Made by a program: the position numbers and the translations under genes | Shown: piece after piece, positions 10,531 through 19,387 of the stretch | Layout: each line of letters starts with the position of its first letter | Numbering within the stretch: the stretch's first letter is position 1 | Source: an uncultured Chloroflexia bacterium | GTDB lineage: Bacteria; Chloroflexota; Limnocylindria; Limnocylindrales; CSP1-4 | Reading direction: 5' to 3' | Length of the DNA stretch: 64,000 nucleotides | Assembly: GCA_963819655.1 (NCBI GenBank) | Contig: CAWFXA010000003.1 | Location: 256,001 to 320,000 of the forward strand | Notes under the pieces: model-generated | What the model was told of the DNA's origin: nothing | Seen by the model: the letters and a program-made list of their open reading frames with translations, nothing else | The model's database searches: none

Positions 10531-10863
10531 ATGCCTCTCTACGACTACGACTGTGCCGCGTGCGGGCGACGGTTCGAGGTGATCCACGGCGTGCACGAGG
10601 ATTCGCCGGCTTCGTGCCCCTTGTGCGGGTCGGGCCCGGTCCGCAAGGCGATCAGCGCTCCCGCGTTCCATTTCAAGGGCTCTGGCTGGGCCAAGAAGGA
10701 GCGCCGGCCGGCGCCGTCATCGACCGGTTCGTCCACGGACGGGGCAGATGGTGGGTCGTCGCCCACCGAGGACGCAGCCGCCCCCGCGAAGAGCGATCCA
10801 GCCTCGACCTCGCCATCGACGGCATCGAAGACGACTCCGTCGTCGACGACGACCACCGACTGA
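10531..10863 (+). CDS. FmdB-family zinc-ribbon protein
   Basis: 'MPLYDYDCAACG...CPLCG...FKGSGW' signature with a Ser/Thr-rich tail. Confidence 0.92.
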   Translation: MPLYDYDCAACGRRFEVIHGVHEDSPASCPLCGSGPVRKAISAPAFHFKGSGWAKKERRPAPSSTGSSTDGADGGSSPTEDAAAPAKSDPASTSPSTASKTTPSSTTTTD

Positions 10864-10867
10864 TCCG

Positions 10868-11107
10868 ATGCCGTCGGGCGCGGACTGGATCACGCTGACC
10901 GAGGCTCAAGCGATCCTGGCCGCCGCCAACGTCCACTTCACGACATCGACGATCGGCGGCTGGGCCCGGGACGGCAAGCTGCAGAGCATCAAGCTCGGTG
11001 GTCGCAGGTTCGTGCGGCGTGGCGAGATCCGGAAACTGATCTCCGCGCCAAGGCGGGTCCCGGCGGACGCGGTCCAGCCCGCCCTCTTCGAGGACTGGCG
11101 CGACTAA
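10868..11107 (+). CDS. Small MerR-like / excisionase (BldC-like) HTH DNA-binding protein
   Basis: 'WITLTEAQAIL...TIGGWARDGKLQSIKLGGRRFVRRGEI'; ATG 4 nt after the FmdB stop. Confidence 0.8.
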   Translation: MPSGADWITLTEAQAILAAANVHFTTSTIGGWARDGKLQSIKLGGRRFVRRGEIRKLISAPRRVPADAVQPALFEDWRD

Positions 11108-11118
11108 GCGCGCGATCG

Positions 11119-12042
11119 ATGGATCCCGCCAAGATCCTGGAGAAGGTCCTCGATGAGCCGCGGGTGGCGGAGGTCCGACGGGTCCTGGACGTCTATGGCC
11201 GAGCGCCCGGCGGTCTCCTGGCGAACGGTCTCGCGTTCTCGGCTCTCTTCGCGGTCGTTCCGATCGCACTGGTCACGCTCGGCGTGGCCGGCCTTCTCGT
11301 CGACAACCCGGCCGTGCAGGAGCAGCTCGCCCAGGCGCTCGGTGAGGTCGTGCCGCCCCTGGCCGAGCTGATCGACCAGGCCCTTGTCGCCATGGCTCAG
11401 GGCGCCGCAGTCACATCGATCATCGGCGTGCTCGGGCTGATCTGGACGGTCAGCCAGTTCTACGTGACCCTCGATGTGGCCTTCTCGCGGATCTTCACCG
11501 ATCGACCGGAGCGGGATGTGCTGCGCCGGACGGCCCGCGGCTTCGTCTGGGTGGCCGGGCTCGTCGGGGTCGTCGTCGCGCTGATCGTCGGGGGGTCGCT
11601 GGCGGCGGCAGCGGAGGCATTGCTTCCGACGACGACCACGGCGCTCACCGCGATCGGTCGCGTCGTCACATCGCCGCCGGTCGTGATCCTGGTGACAGTC
11701 GGCGTGGTCCTTGTCGTCTATACCATCGTCCCGCCGCGGTCGCCGTCTCTGCGCTCGGCTGCGGTCCCTGCGATCGTGGCAGGGCTCGGGGTCTATCTGC
11801 TGGGCCAGGTGTTCCTGTTCGTCGCCCCGCGGATCGTCGGGGTCGCCGCGCTGGCGGGTTCATTGGCCACGGCGTTCATCGCGCTCGCGTGGCTGTCGTT
11901 GTCGTTCCAGATCCTGCTTCTCGGAGCGAGTTGGGTGCGGGTCCGGGACGACGCGGAGACCGGGGCCGGGGAGTCTGCCGAGGAGGAGTCAGCCCTGTTG
12001 GGTCCCGCAGCGCCGGCAGAACCGGGCATTGGCGGAGAGTGA
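11119..12042 (+). CDS. YihY/BrkB family membrane protein
   Basis: 'ANGLAFSALFAVVP', about six TM helices, 'WLSLSFQILLLGA'. Confidence 0.85.
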   Translation: MDPAKILEKVLDEPRVAEVRRVLDVYGRAPGGLLANGLAFSALFAVVPIALVTLGVAGLLVDNPAVQEQLAQALGEVVPPLAELIDQALVAMAQGAAVTSIIGVLGLIWTVSQFYVTLDVAFSRIFTDRPERDVLRRTARGFVWVAGLVGVVVALIVGGSLAAAAEALLPTTTTALTAIGRVVTSPPVVILVTVGVVLVVYTIVPPRSPSLRSAAVPAIVAGLGVYLLGQVFLFVAPRIVGVAALAGSLATAFIALAWLSLSFQILLLGASWVRVRDDAETGAGESAEEESALLGPAAPAEPGIGGE

Positions 12043-13518
12043 CAGCCCGCAACTGACGCACGGTTGCACGCCGCCCATGATCTTGGGGCTCGCGCTGGGT
12101 CCGACGGTGGCGACCTCGCGCGCCGATTCGGCCCAGAGCGCTTCCATCCCGCCGCTCGCTGCGGCCGGACGCCCGAGGAACGGGAGACCGTCCGCTGACG
12201 GTGGGCGCGGCCACTCCGGCTGCGCGGGCCATTGTGGTTCGGCGCTGGCCGCGATCGTGTCCGGCGGTGCGCTCGGCGCCTGAGGGGTCGACCCGGGGAT
12301 CTGATCGGAGGCCGGCGGTTCGGGGGCGACGATCTGCCACGTCGGCTGGAACACGAGGTCGTCGCGCGGCTCACCCTCAGCGGCAGCGGCAGCGGCAGCG
12401 GCTGCGGCGGCTGCTTCCTCGTCGGCTCTGGCTTGTGCGGCGGCCGCCTCGGCCGCCTGCTGGGCCCTGGCCTGGGCGGCTGCGGCGTCGGCCGCTTCCT
12501 GGGCCCGGGCGGCGAACGCTGCGGCTGCGGCGGCTTCCTGGGCCTTGGCCTGAGCGGCTGCGACTTCGGCCGCCTCCTGGGCCCTCATCTGAGCGGCCGC
12601 TTCGCCCTCGGCTCGTGCCTGGGCCGCGGCCGCGGCTTCCTCGGCCTCGGCCTGTGCAGCGGCCGCCTCGGCCGCAGCGGCCATCGCCGCGCCGGCAGCT
12701 GCCGCCCGCTCCCGCTCGTACGCGGCCAGCTCGGCTTCGATGTCGTCCCCTGGTCGGAAACGATGGAGCAGATCGGTCGTGTTGGCCGCTGCCGCCGCGA
12801 CGAGGTCGGTGGCGTCCGTGTCGGTGGGCGGGGCGGTGGTTGGCATCTCGACTTCTGCCTGCGCCGCGACCGGTGCCTCGTCCATGGCCTCGACCGCGAG
12901 CTCGTCGAGCGGCGCCGCGTCGACCGGCCCGGAGACCGCCTCCAGGCGGGCGGCAGCATCGATCGCTTCCTGGAACGAGCTGGGGCCGTCGCCCGCCAGC
13001 TCCTGCTCGGGCATCAGATCCGATGTCGGCCAGGCCATCGGCTCTGGCTCTGGCCAGGCCATCGGCTCCGCGGGCGCCGGGGCCTGAGCCTGTTGGTCAT
13101 GCCCGTTGTGGTCGTTGAGACCGACCGCCTCGCTATCGGTGAGGGCGATCGCGCCCCCCGCCCCGATGTTGGAGAAGGGCGCGGGCAGGATCTCGTGACC
13201 GAGGTGCGGGGCACAGGACAGGCAGCGCCCGTCCGCCTCGTTCCAGCAGTTGCCGCACGTGTACTGACGGCAGCTCATGCAGAAGTTGAACGTCTTGTGG
13301 AACGCGTCCAGCTGCTGGGCGGTCTGCTGGCGATCGGTCTCGTTGCGCGCGGCCGCCATCGCCTCGTCCATCGAGGTGTCGTCCGACAGGACGAAGTTCT
13401 TGAGGCCGCGCGACATCACCTTGAGGCCCTTGAGCCGGGGCCCTCGCGGGGTCGCGGATTCGAACGTGTACCGCGTGCCGCAGCGTTCGCAGAATGATTC
13501 GGTCAGGATCTCCGGCAT
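11989..13518 (-). CDS. Hypothetical protein: N-terminal 8-Cys zinc finger, Ala/Glu/Gln coiled-coil repeats, C-terminal zinc ribbon
   Basis: CERC...CMSCRQYTCGNC-x7-CLSC, AAAQARAQEAA-type repeats, CVSC-x10-CRRC; TATACT at 13581-13576 upstream. Confidence 0.8.
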   Translation of the reverse strand: MPEILTESFCERCGTRYTFESATPRGPRLKGLKVMSRGLKNFVLSDDTSMDEAMAAARNETDRQQTAQQLDAFHKTFNFCMSCRQYTCGNCWNEADGRCLSCAPHLGHEILPAPFSNIGAGGAIALTDSEAVGLNDHNGHDQQAQAPAPAEPMAWPEPEPMAWPTSDLMPEQELAGDGPSSFQEAIDAAARLEAVSGPVDAAPLDELAVEAMDEAPVAAQAEVEMPTTAPPTDTDATDLVAAAAANTTDLLHRFRPGDDIEAELAAYERERAAAAGAAMAAAAEAAAAQAEAEEAAAAAQARAEGEAAAQMRAQEAAEVAAAQAKAQEAAAAAAFAARAQEAADAAAAQARAQQAAEAAAAQARADEEAAAAAAAAAAAAEGEPRDDLVFQPTWQIVAPEPPASDQIPGSTPQAPSAPPDTIAASAEPQWPAQPEWPRPPSADGLPFLGRPAAASGGMEALWAESAREVATVGPSASPKIMGGVQPCVSCGLSLSANARFCRRCGTQQG

Positions 13519-13692
13519 CGAGTCCCCGGGATGTACGTGGACGAGTTCGGACAGCAGGCGTCGAACAGGGGCGAGAGTATAGCGCAGGGCCCTCGCCGCC
13601 CCTCGGCCGGGGGTACTCCATCGAGCGCGCGGATGGTCCGGTCCGGTGACGATGGGGGTCCCCCGGGACCCTCTGCTAGTCTGCGACCGACC

Positions 13693-14538
13693 ATGCCGCC
13701 GTTCGCCGCCATCGAGCGGTTCTTCGAGCGCCTCTTCGAGCGTCCCTCAGCACGTCTCTTTCGCGCACGATTGCAGCCCGTGCAACTCCAACGCCGCATC
13801 GAGCGCGCAATGGAATCGGAGCGCCTGGCCACCGCCGACCGCACGCTCGTCCCGAACCGGTTCGTCGTGCACCTCAACCCGACCGATCTCGAGGGCTTCG
13901 GGGACATGACCGCGTCCCTGGCCTCGGAGCTGGCCGACGGGGCATTGGTCTTCGCTCGGGCCAGGCACTACACGCTCGTCGACCGGCCACGGGTGACGCT
14001 GTTCGCCGACGGCGCCGTCCAGCGTGCCGACATCCGCGTGATCGCCCGCTTCGCCGATCCGATCGCGGGTCAGCAGCGACCGGCGAGCCCGGTTGCCGAC
14101 GATGAGCTCGACGACCGCTCGACGCGCGCGGGTGGCCGCGCCCGCTCAGAGATGGCCGACCTCCAGCCCGCGGCCGACGGCAACGTCGCTGTCCACGGCG
14201 ACACGATGGTGTTCACGGTGCCGCGTCCAAGCGCCCCGGCCGCACGCCTGCGGATCATCGGCCGCGAGGGCGACGAGCACGTCCACGTCTTCGACGGGTC
14301 GGGGCTGACGATCGGCCGGGCTGCGGACAACGATCTGGTCCTCGCCGACAGCCGCGTCTCGCGCCACCACGCCCGGATCGCCGGCCGTCGTGGCACCCTC
14401 GTGTATGCGGACCTGGGCAGCACCAACGGATCGCGCGTGAACGGCGTGCAGGTCGGCGAACTCGTGCTCGGGGCAGGCGATCGGATCGAAGTCGGGGACA
14501 CGGTGATCGTGGTCGAGGTCGCCGGGGACATCCCCTGA
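13693..14538 (+). CDS. fhaA: FhaA-like protein (DUF3662 plus FHA domain)
   Basis: N-terminal 'IERFFERLFE...LQPVQL...VPNRFVVHL'; FHA motifs 'IGR', 'VSRHHA', 'DLGSTNGS'. Confidence 0.88.
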   Translation: MPPFAAIERFFERLFERPSARLFRARLQPVQLQRRIERAMESERLATADRTLVPNRFVVHLNPTDLEGFGDMTASLASELADGALVFARARHYTLVDRPRVTLFADGAVQRADIRVIARFADPIAGQQRPASPVADDELDDRSTRAGGRARSEMADLQPAADGNVAVHGDTMVFTVPRPSAPAARLRIIGREGDEHVHVFDGSGLTIGRAADNDLVLADSRVSRHHARIAGRRGTLVYADLGSTNGSRVNGVQVGELVLGAGDRIEVGDTVIVVEVAGDIP

Positions 14539-14978
14539 TGGACGGCCTGCTGCTCATCGTCTGGGTCGTCCGGCTCGCGTTCCTCGCACTGCTGTACCTC
14601 TTCCTGGCGCGCGTCGTGCGCTCGCTGCTGCGCGACCTCCGCGCGGCTGCCCGAGAGCCGGGTGCGTCGCTCGGGCGGTTGGTCGTCCTCGAATCGCCGG
14701 GCGGCGACCCGGAGGCCGGGCGCTCGTTCGGCCTGGACGCGATCACGACGCTGGGTCGCGACGTCAACAACGCGATCGTCGTCGAGGACCCATTCGCGTC
14801 CGGTGAGCACGCGGTGCTGACGTACCGTGGCCGAAGCTGGTACGTGGAAGACCTCGGCAGCACGAACGGGACGTTCGTGAATGGGCGCGCGGTCGCGTCG
14901 GTGGCGCCGCTCGGCTTCGGTGACGAGGTCTCGATCGGTCAGGTGCGCATGCGGCTCGAGCGGGCGCGCCCGTCGTGA
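14538..14978 (+). CDS. fhaB: FhaB/FipA-like membrane-anchored FHA protein
   Basis: N-terminal TM 'RLAFLALLYLFL', 'LGR', 'SGEHA', 'DLGSTNGT'. Confidence 0.88.
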   Translation: MDGLLLIVWVVRLAFLALLYLFLARVVRSLLRDLRAAAREPGASLGRLVVLESPGGDPEAGRSFGLDAITTLGRDVNNAIVVEDPFASGEHAVLTYRGRSWYVEDLGSTNGTFVNGRAVASVAPLGFGDEVSIGQVRMRLERARPS

Positions 14979-16405
14979 CCGGCGCGAGCCGGCCCGCGGC
15001 TCGCCTCGAGCTGCCGCCCATCCTCGGCGCGATCCGACCGCGCGCCAGGTGGACCGAGACACGTCTCCTCGCGATCGCGGCCGTGGCCCTCGTCGTCGGC
15101 AGCATCTCCCTGAGCGCGGGGATGACCGGCCGGCTCGCGCTGTACGCGCCGCAGGGGCTGGCGATCTATCTGGTCGCGCTGGGGTTGGCGCATCTCGCGC
15201 AGGTCCTCGCCGGCCGGCGATCGGACGAGGTGTTGCTGCCTGTCGTGGGTCTGCTCGGCGGCATCTCCCTGCTGCTCATGCAGCGCCTGCCACAGGAGCT
15301 GGTCACGATGGAGCTCGGCGGGCTGGTCCTCGGGCTCGGCGACACGCAGCTGCTGTGGCTGGTGCTCGCGATCGGCGTTGCCACGACGCTCGGCATCGTC
15401 GTGCGCTCGGACAGCTGGCTGCGCCGCTACAAGTACACCTGGGCCGCGGCCGGCATCGCGCTGCTGCTGCTGACGTTCGTCTTCGGGTCCGACGTCGCCG
15501 GGCAGCGCCTCACGCTCCGGCTCGGGCCGTTCAGCGGCCAGCCCTCCGAGCTCCTCAAGGTCATCCTCGTCGTGTTCCTGGCGGGCTACCTCTCCGAGAA
15601 CCGGCCGCTGCTCATCGAACAGGACACGCGCCTCGGGCCGCTCCGCCTGCCGCCATTGCCGTACCTCGCCCCGATGGTCGCGATGTGGGCGATCGCCCTC
15701 GGCATCGTCGTCGTCCAGCGCGACCTGGGCGCCGCGCTGCTGTTCTACGCCGTGTTCCTCGCTCTGGTCTACGCGGCCACGGGCCGACTCAGCCTCGTCG
15801 TCATCGGGTCGATCCTGTTCTTCCTCGGGAGCGCCGTCATGGCGAACCTGTTCGACCATGTCCGCGCGCGGATCGATATCTGGGTCGACCCGTTCGCCGA
15901 CCCGCTCGGTGCCGGGTATCAGGTCGTCCAGTCGCTCCATGCCTTCGCCCGCGGCGGGCTGCTCGGGACCGGTCTCGGCGAGGGTCTGCCGATGGTCGGC
16001 GGGCGGCTGCCGATCCCCGAGGTCCACACCGACTTCCCGCTCGCGGCGCTCGGTGAGGAGCTGGGGCTGGTGGGCGTGATCGCGATCCTCGGGCTGTTCT
16101 TCGTGCTCATCGAACGCGGTCTGCGGATCGGCGCTGCGGCCGCGGACGACTTCCGAGCGATCCTCGCGACCGGCCTCGCCCTGGTCATCGGCGTCCAGGC
16201 GTTCATCATCGCGGGCGGCAACCTCAAGGTCCTCCCGCTGACCGGGGTGACATTGCCGTTCATCAGCTACGGCGGTTCGTCGCTGCTCGTGAACGCCATC
16301 GTCGTGGGCCTGCTGCTCGCCCTGTCCGACAAGGGGGTCGAGCCGCCCCCGCCCCCGACCGGCGTCCGTCGCTGGCGTGATCGGCTCCGCAGACGGGCTG
16401 CCTGA
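14975..16405 (+). CDS. rodA: SEDS family peptidoglycan polymerase (RodA/FtsW)
   Basis: 'QPSELLK', 'QRDLG', 'PEVHTDF', 'LPLTGVTLPFISYGGSS'. Confidence 0.93.
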   Translation: MTGASRPAARLELPPILGAIRPRARWTETRLLAIAAVALVVGSISLSAGMTGRLALYAPQGLAIYLVALGLAHLAQVLAGRRSDEVLLPVVGLLGGISLLLMQRLPQELVTMELGGLVLGLGDTQLLWLVLAIGVATTLGIVVRSDSWLRRYKYTWAAAGIALLLLTFVFGSDVAGQRLTLRLGPFSGQPSELLKVILVVFLAGYLSENRPLLIEQDTRLGPLRLPPLPYLAPMVAMWAIALGIVVVQRDLGAALLFYAVFLALVYAATGRLSLVVIGSILFFLGSAVMANLFDHVRARIDIWVDPFADPLGAGYQVVQSLHAFARGGLLGTGLGEGLPMVGGRLPIPEVHTDFPLAALGEELGLVGVIAILGLFFVLIERGLRIGAAAADDFRAILATGLALVIGVQAFIIAGGNLKVLPLTGVTLPFISYGGSSLLVNAIVVGLLLALSDKGVEPPPPPTGVRRWRDRLRRRAA

Positions 16406-17898
16406 TGCTTTCCACGTCGAACCGGCGTCGCCCCCTCGGCCGGACGATCGTCCACGTCGCTCTCGTCCTGGCGATCGCGTTCGCCGTGCTGGCCGGGGCG
16501 GGTGGTTATTGGGCGGTCGTCCGGTCGACCGATCTGACGCATTCGCCCTATGACCCCGCGGTCATCGCAGCCTCCCGGACCGTGCCGCGTGGCAGGATCA
16601 TCGATCGTGAGGGGAACGTCCTCGTCCGCAACAAGGAGGACGCCAACGGCGAGCTGTACCGGGTCTACAGCGGCGAGGCCATCAGCCAGGTCGTCGGCTA
16701 CGCGTCGGGGCGGTACGGGCGCGCAGGCCTCGAATTGGCGTACGACGCCGAGCTGTCGGGCCTCGCGGGCGACCCGCTCGCCGATGCCCTCCGCAAGTTC
16801 GGCACCGATCCGTACGATCCCAAGGACCTCCACCTCGCGCTGTCGTGGGACCTCCAGCGTGCGGCCGTGCGCGCACTCGGGGCCCGACGCGGGGCGGTCG
16901 TGATGCTGGATCCGCGCACCGGCGAGGTCCTGGCGCTCGCATCGACGCCGACCTACGCGGCGTCGGCGATCAGCAACCCGGCGACCTCCCAGGCAGCTTT
17001 CGAGGCTCTCCAGAACGACCCCGGCGAGCCGTTGCTGCCGCGCGCGACGCTCGGCCGGTACGTGCCGGGATCCGTGTTCAAGATCGTGACGGCGATCGCG
17101 GGTCTGGCGTCGGGGGCGATCACGCCCGACACGACATACGCGGAGCAGCCGCCCGCCGAGAAGGACGGCCTCCTGGTCGAGGGTTTCCGCATCCGGGACG
17201 GCCATCACCGGGTGACCGGCAACCGGCGACTCGACCTCGTCGAAGCGACCGAGGTGTCGTGCAACATCTGGTACGCGCTGACCGGTCTGCGCACGGGCGG
17301 GGCGGAGCTCGTCGACCACGCCGCGCGGCTCGGGTTCGGCCGCCCGATCCCGTTCGACCTACCCACGGCGGCATCGCAGGTCACCGACGGCTCGGGCAGC
17401 GCGCCCGGTGGCTTCGTCGACGACGTCGAGCTGGCCAACGCGGCATACGGTCAGGCGGAGACCTTCGTCACGCCACTCCAGATGGCGCTGGTCGCGTCGA
17501 CGATCGCCAACGGCGGCGAGCTGATGCGACCGCGCCTCGTGACCGCCATGAGCGGCAAGGGCGGCACCCGCCAGATCGGCGCGCAGACCCTCGCCCACGT
17601 CCTCGACGCGGGGGATGCGGCGGCCATCAACCGGGCGATGGTCGCGGCCGTGGAGGGCGACCTGGGCCGGCAGTTCACCACCGGCGCGAAGGTGCCGGGG
17701 GTGACGACCGCGGGCAAGTCGGGCACGGCCGAGCTCGGCGGTCGCGGCGAGCCACACTCCTGGTTCATCGGGTTCGCCCCCGCCGAGGCGCCGACGATCG
17801 CCATCGCCGTCATCGTCGAGCAGGCCGGGCGTGGGGCAGAGGTCGCCGCACCGATCGGCGGCGACCTGATGGGCCTGCACCTCGGCGCGGGTGGCTGA
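16405..17898 (+). CDS. pbpA: Class B penicillin-binding protein (PbpA-like)
   Basis: SxxK 'GSVFK', SxN 'SCN', 'GKSGTAE'; N-terminal TM; directly follows rodA. Confidence 0.92.
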   Translation: MLSTSNRRRPLGRTIVHVALVLAIAFAVLAGAGGYWAVVRSTDLTHSPYDPAVIAASRTVPRGRIIDREGNVLVRNKEDANGELYRVYSGEAISQVVGYASGRYGRAGLELAYDAELSGLAGDPLADALRKFGTDPYDPKDLHLALSWDLQRAAVRALGARRGAVVMLDPRTGEVLALASTPTYAASAISNPATSQAAFEALQNDPGEPLLPRATLGRYVPGSVFKIVTAIAGLASGAITPDTTYAEQPPAEKDGLLVEGFRIRDGHHRVTGNRRLDLVEATEVSCNIWYALTGLRTGGAELVDHAARLGFGRPIPFDLPTAASQVTDGSGSAPGGFVDDVELANAAYGQAETFVTPLQMALVASTIANGGELMRPRLVTAMSGKGGTRQIGAQTLAHVLDAGDAAAINRAMVAAVEGDLGRQFTTGAKVPGVTTAGKSGTAELGGRGEPHSWFIGFAPAEAPTIAIAVIVEQAGRGAEVAAPIGGDLMGLHLGAGG

Positions 17899-18116
17899 TG
17901 GACGAGCGGTCCGACCCGAACGCAACAGAGGCGCGTCCGTCTCGCCCACTGATCGAGCGCATCGGCCTGGCCGCGATCGCCGCGGTGCTGGCCGTGCTGT
18001 TCGGCGGCGTCGCGGCCGCTGCGTGGCTGGGTGGTGAGGTGTTCCTGGCCGCGATGGGCGCGATCGGCTGCGTCATGACCGCGTGGGTCGGTGGCTTGAC
18101 GCTGTTCCGCGGTTAG
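17898..18116 (+). CDS. Small two-TM membrane protein (72 aa)
   Basis: TGATG coupling to pbpA; MDERSDPN...IERIGLAAIAAVLAVLFGG...GGLTLFRG. Confidence 0.72.
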   Translation: MDERSDPNATEARPSRPLIERIGLAAIAAVLAVLFGGVAAAAWLGGEVFLAAMGAIGCVMTAWVGGLTLFRG

Positions 18117-18214
18117 ACCAGTGCGGCGCCAGCAGTCATCGGCGTAAATCAGAACGATCCGGCCCGCCGCAACGCCATGAGAGTCAGGCGCGTCCCACAG
18201 ACACCAACGCGTCG

Positions 18215-18240
18215 GGAACTGAAATGACGGGGCCGACGTA
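18215..18240 (+). promoter_or_regulatory. Candidate ECF sigma promoter of the moxR operon
   Basis: GGAAC(18215-18219)-N17-CGTA(18237-18240), 100 nt upstream of the moxR ATG. Confidence 0.55.
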
Positions 18241-18340
18241 GTATCCGTTGACACGACCGACCCACAGTGGCGCTCGTCACCCCATCCCGTTGCCCGTCCG
18301 CGGCGGTGTCCCCCGCACCGCTGACCCCTGAGAGAGGCCG

Positions 18341-19348
18341 ATGTCGAAGATCCAGGAGACCGGGGACAAGGTCCTCGCCAACGTCGAGCGCGTCATCGTC
18401 GGCAAGCACCATGAAGTCCGATTGGCGCTCGTCGCGCTGTTGTGCCGCGGCCACCTCCTCATCGAGGACGTCCCGGGCACCGGCAAGACGGTCCTCGCGA
18501 AGGCCATCGCGCGCAGCCTCGGTTGCACGTTCCGGCGGATCCAGTTCACCCCCGACCTTCTGCCGTCCGACGTGACCGGCCTGTCGATCTACAACCAGAA
18601 GACCCAGGAGTTCGAGTTCCGACCCGGACCGATCATGAGCCAGGTCGTCCTCGCCGACGAGATCAACCGGGCGACCCCGAAGACGCAGTCGTCGCTCCTC
18701 GAATCGATGGAGGAACGCCAGGCGACGATCGACGGCGTCACGCATCAGATGCCCGATCCGTTCCTGGTCATCGCCACGCAGAACCCGATCGAGTACGAGG
18801 GCACATTCGCGCTCCCGGAGGCACAGCTCGACCGCTTCATGCTGCGCATCCGATTGGGCTATCCGCAGCCGATCGAGGAGATCGTCATCCTCGACGAGCA
18901 GAAGCGCACCCACCCGCTCGAGGAGCTCGAGGAGGTCCTGAGCGTCGAGGACCTGCGTGGCCTCCAGGAGGCCGTCCGCGAGATCTACGTCGATCCGACA
19001 GTGGCCGACTACATCGTCCGCGTCGTCGGCGCGACCCGGACCCATCCCGATGTCTATCTCGGCGCATCGCCGCGCGGCTCGATCGCGCTGTACCGCGCGG
19101 GCCAGGCGCTGGCCGGTCTGCTCGGACGCGATTACGTCATTCCGGATGACATCAAGTCGCTGGCCGAGTCGGCGCTGGCCCACCGCCTGATCATCAAGAC
19201 CAGCTCGTCGATCCACGACGTGCAGGCCGCCCAGGTCGTCCGCGAGATCCTCGACACGACACCGATCGACGGCATCCGACCGACCGGCGGTGGCCCGACC
19301 GAGATCCGTCCGGCGACCCCGGGAGTCCAGACACGACCCGGCGCCTAG
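18341..19348 (+). CDS. moxR: MoxR family AAA+ ATPase
   Basis: '[10 protein letters not shown]', '[12 protein letters not shown]', 'LADEINRA', 'ATQNPIE', 'LPEAQLDRF'. Confidence 0.96.
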   Translation: MSKIQETGDKVLANVERVIVGKHHEVRLALVALLCRGHLLIEDVPGTGKTVLAKAIARSLGCTFRRIQFTPDLLPSDVTGLSIYNQKTQEFEFRPGPIMSQVVLADEINRATPKTQSSLLESMEERQATIDGVTHQMPDPFLVIATQNPIEYEGTFALPEAQLDRFMLRIRLGYPQPIEEIVILDEQKRTHPLEELEEVLSVEDLRGLQEAVREIYVDPTVADYIVRVVGATRTHPDVYLGASPRGSIALYRAGQALAGLLGRDYVIPDDIKSLAESALAHRLIIKTSSSIHDVQAAQVVREILDTTPIDGIRPTGGGPTEIRPATPGVQTRPGA

Positions 19349-19387
19349 CGACGCGGCGATCGGGTCCGGCGTAGCGATCCCGGCACG

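Noticed and set aside
10868-11107. Prophage or ICE suggested by the excisionase-like HTH
   Set aside because: No integrase, att-like repeats, tRNA target or compositional shift nearby.
12370-12720. GCGGCA/GCC-rich low-complexity tract as a DNA repeat element
   Set aside because: It is explained by the Ala-rich coiled-coil coding sequence on the minus strand.
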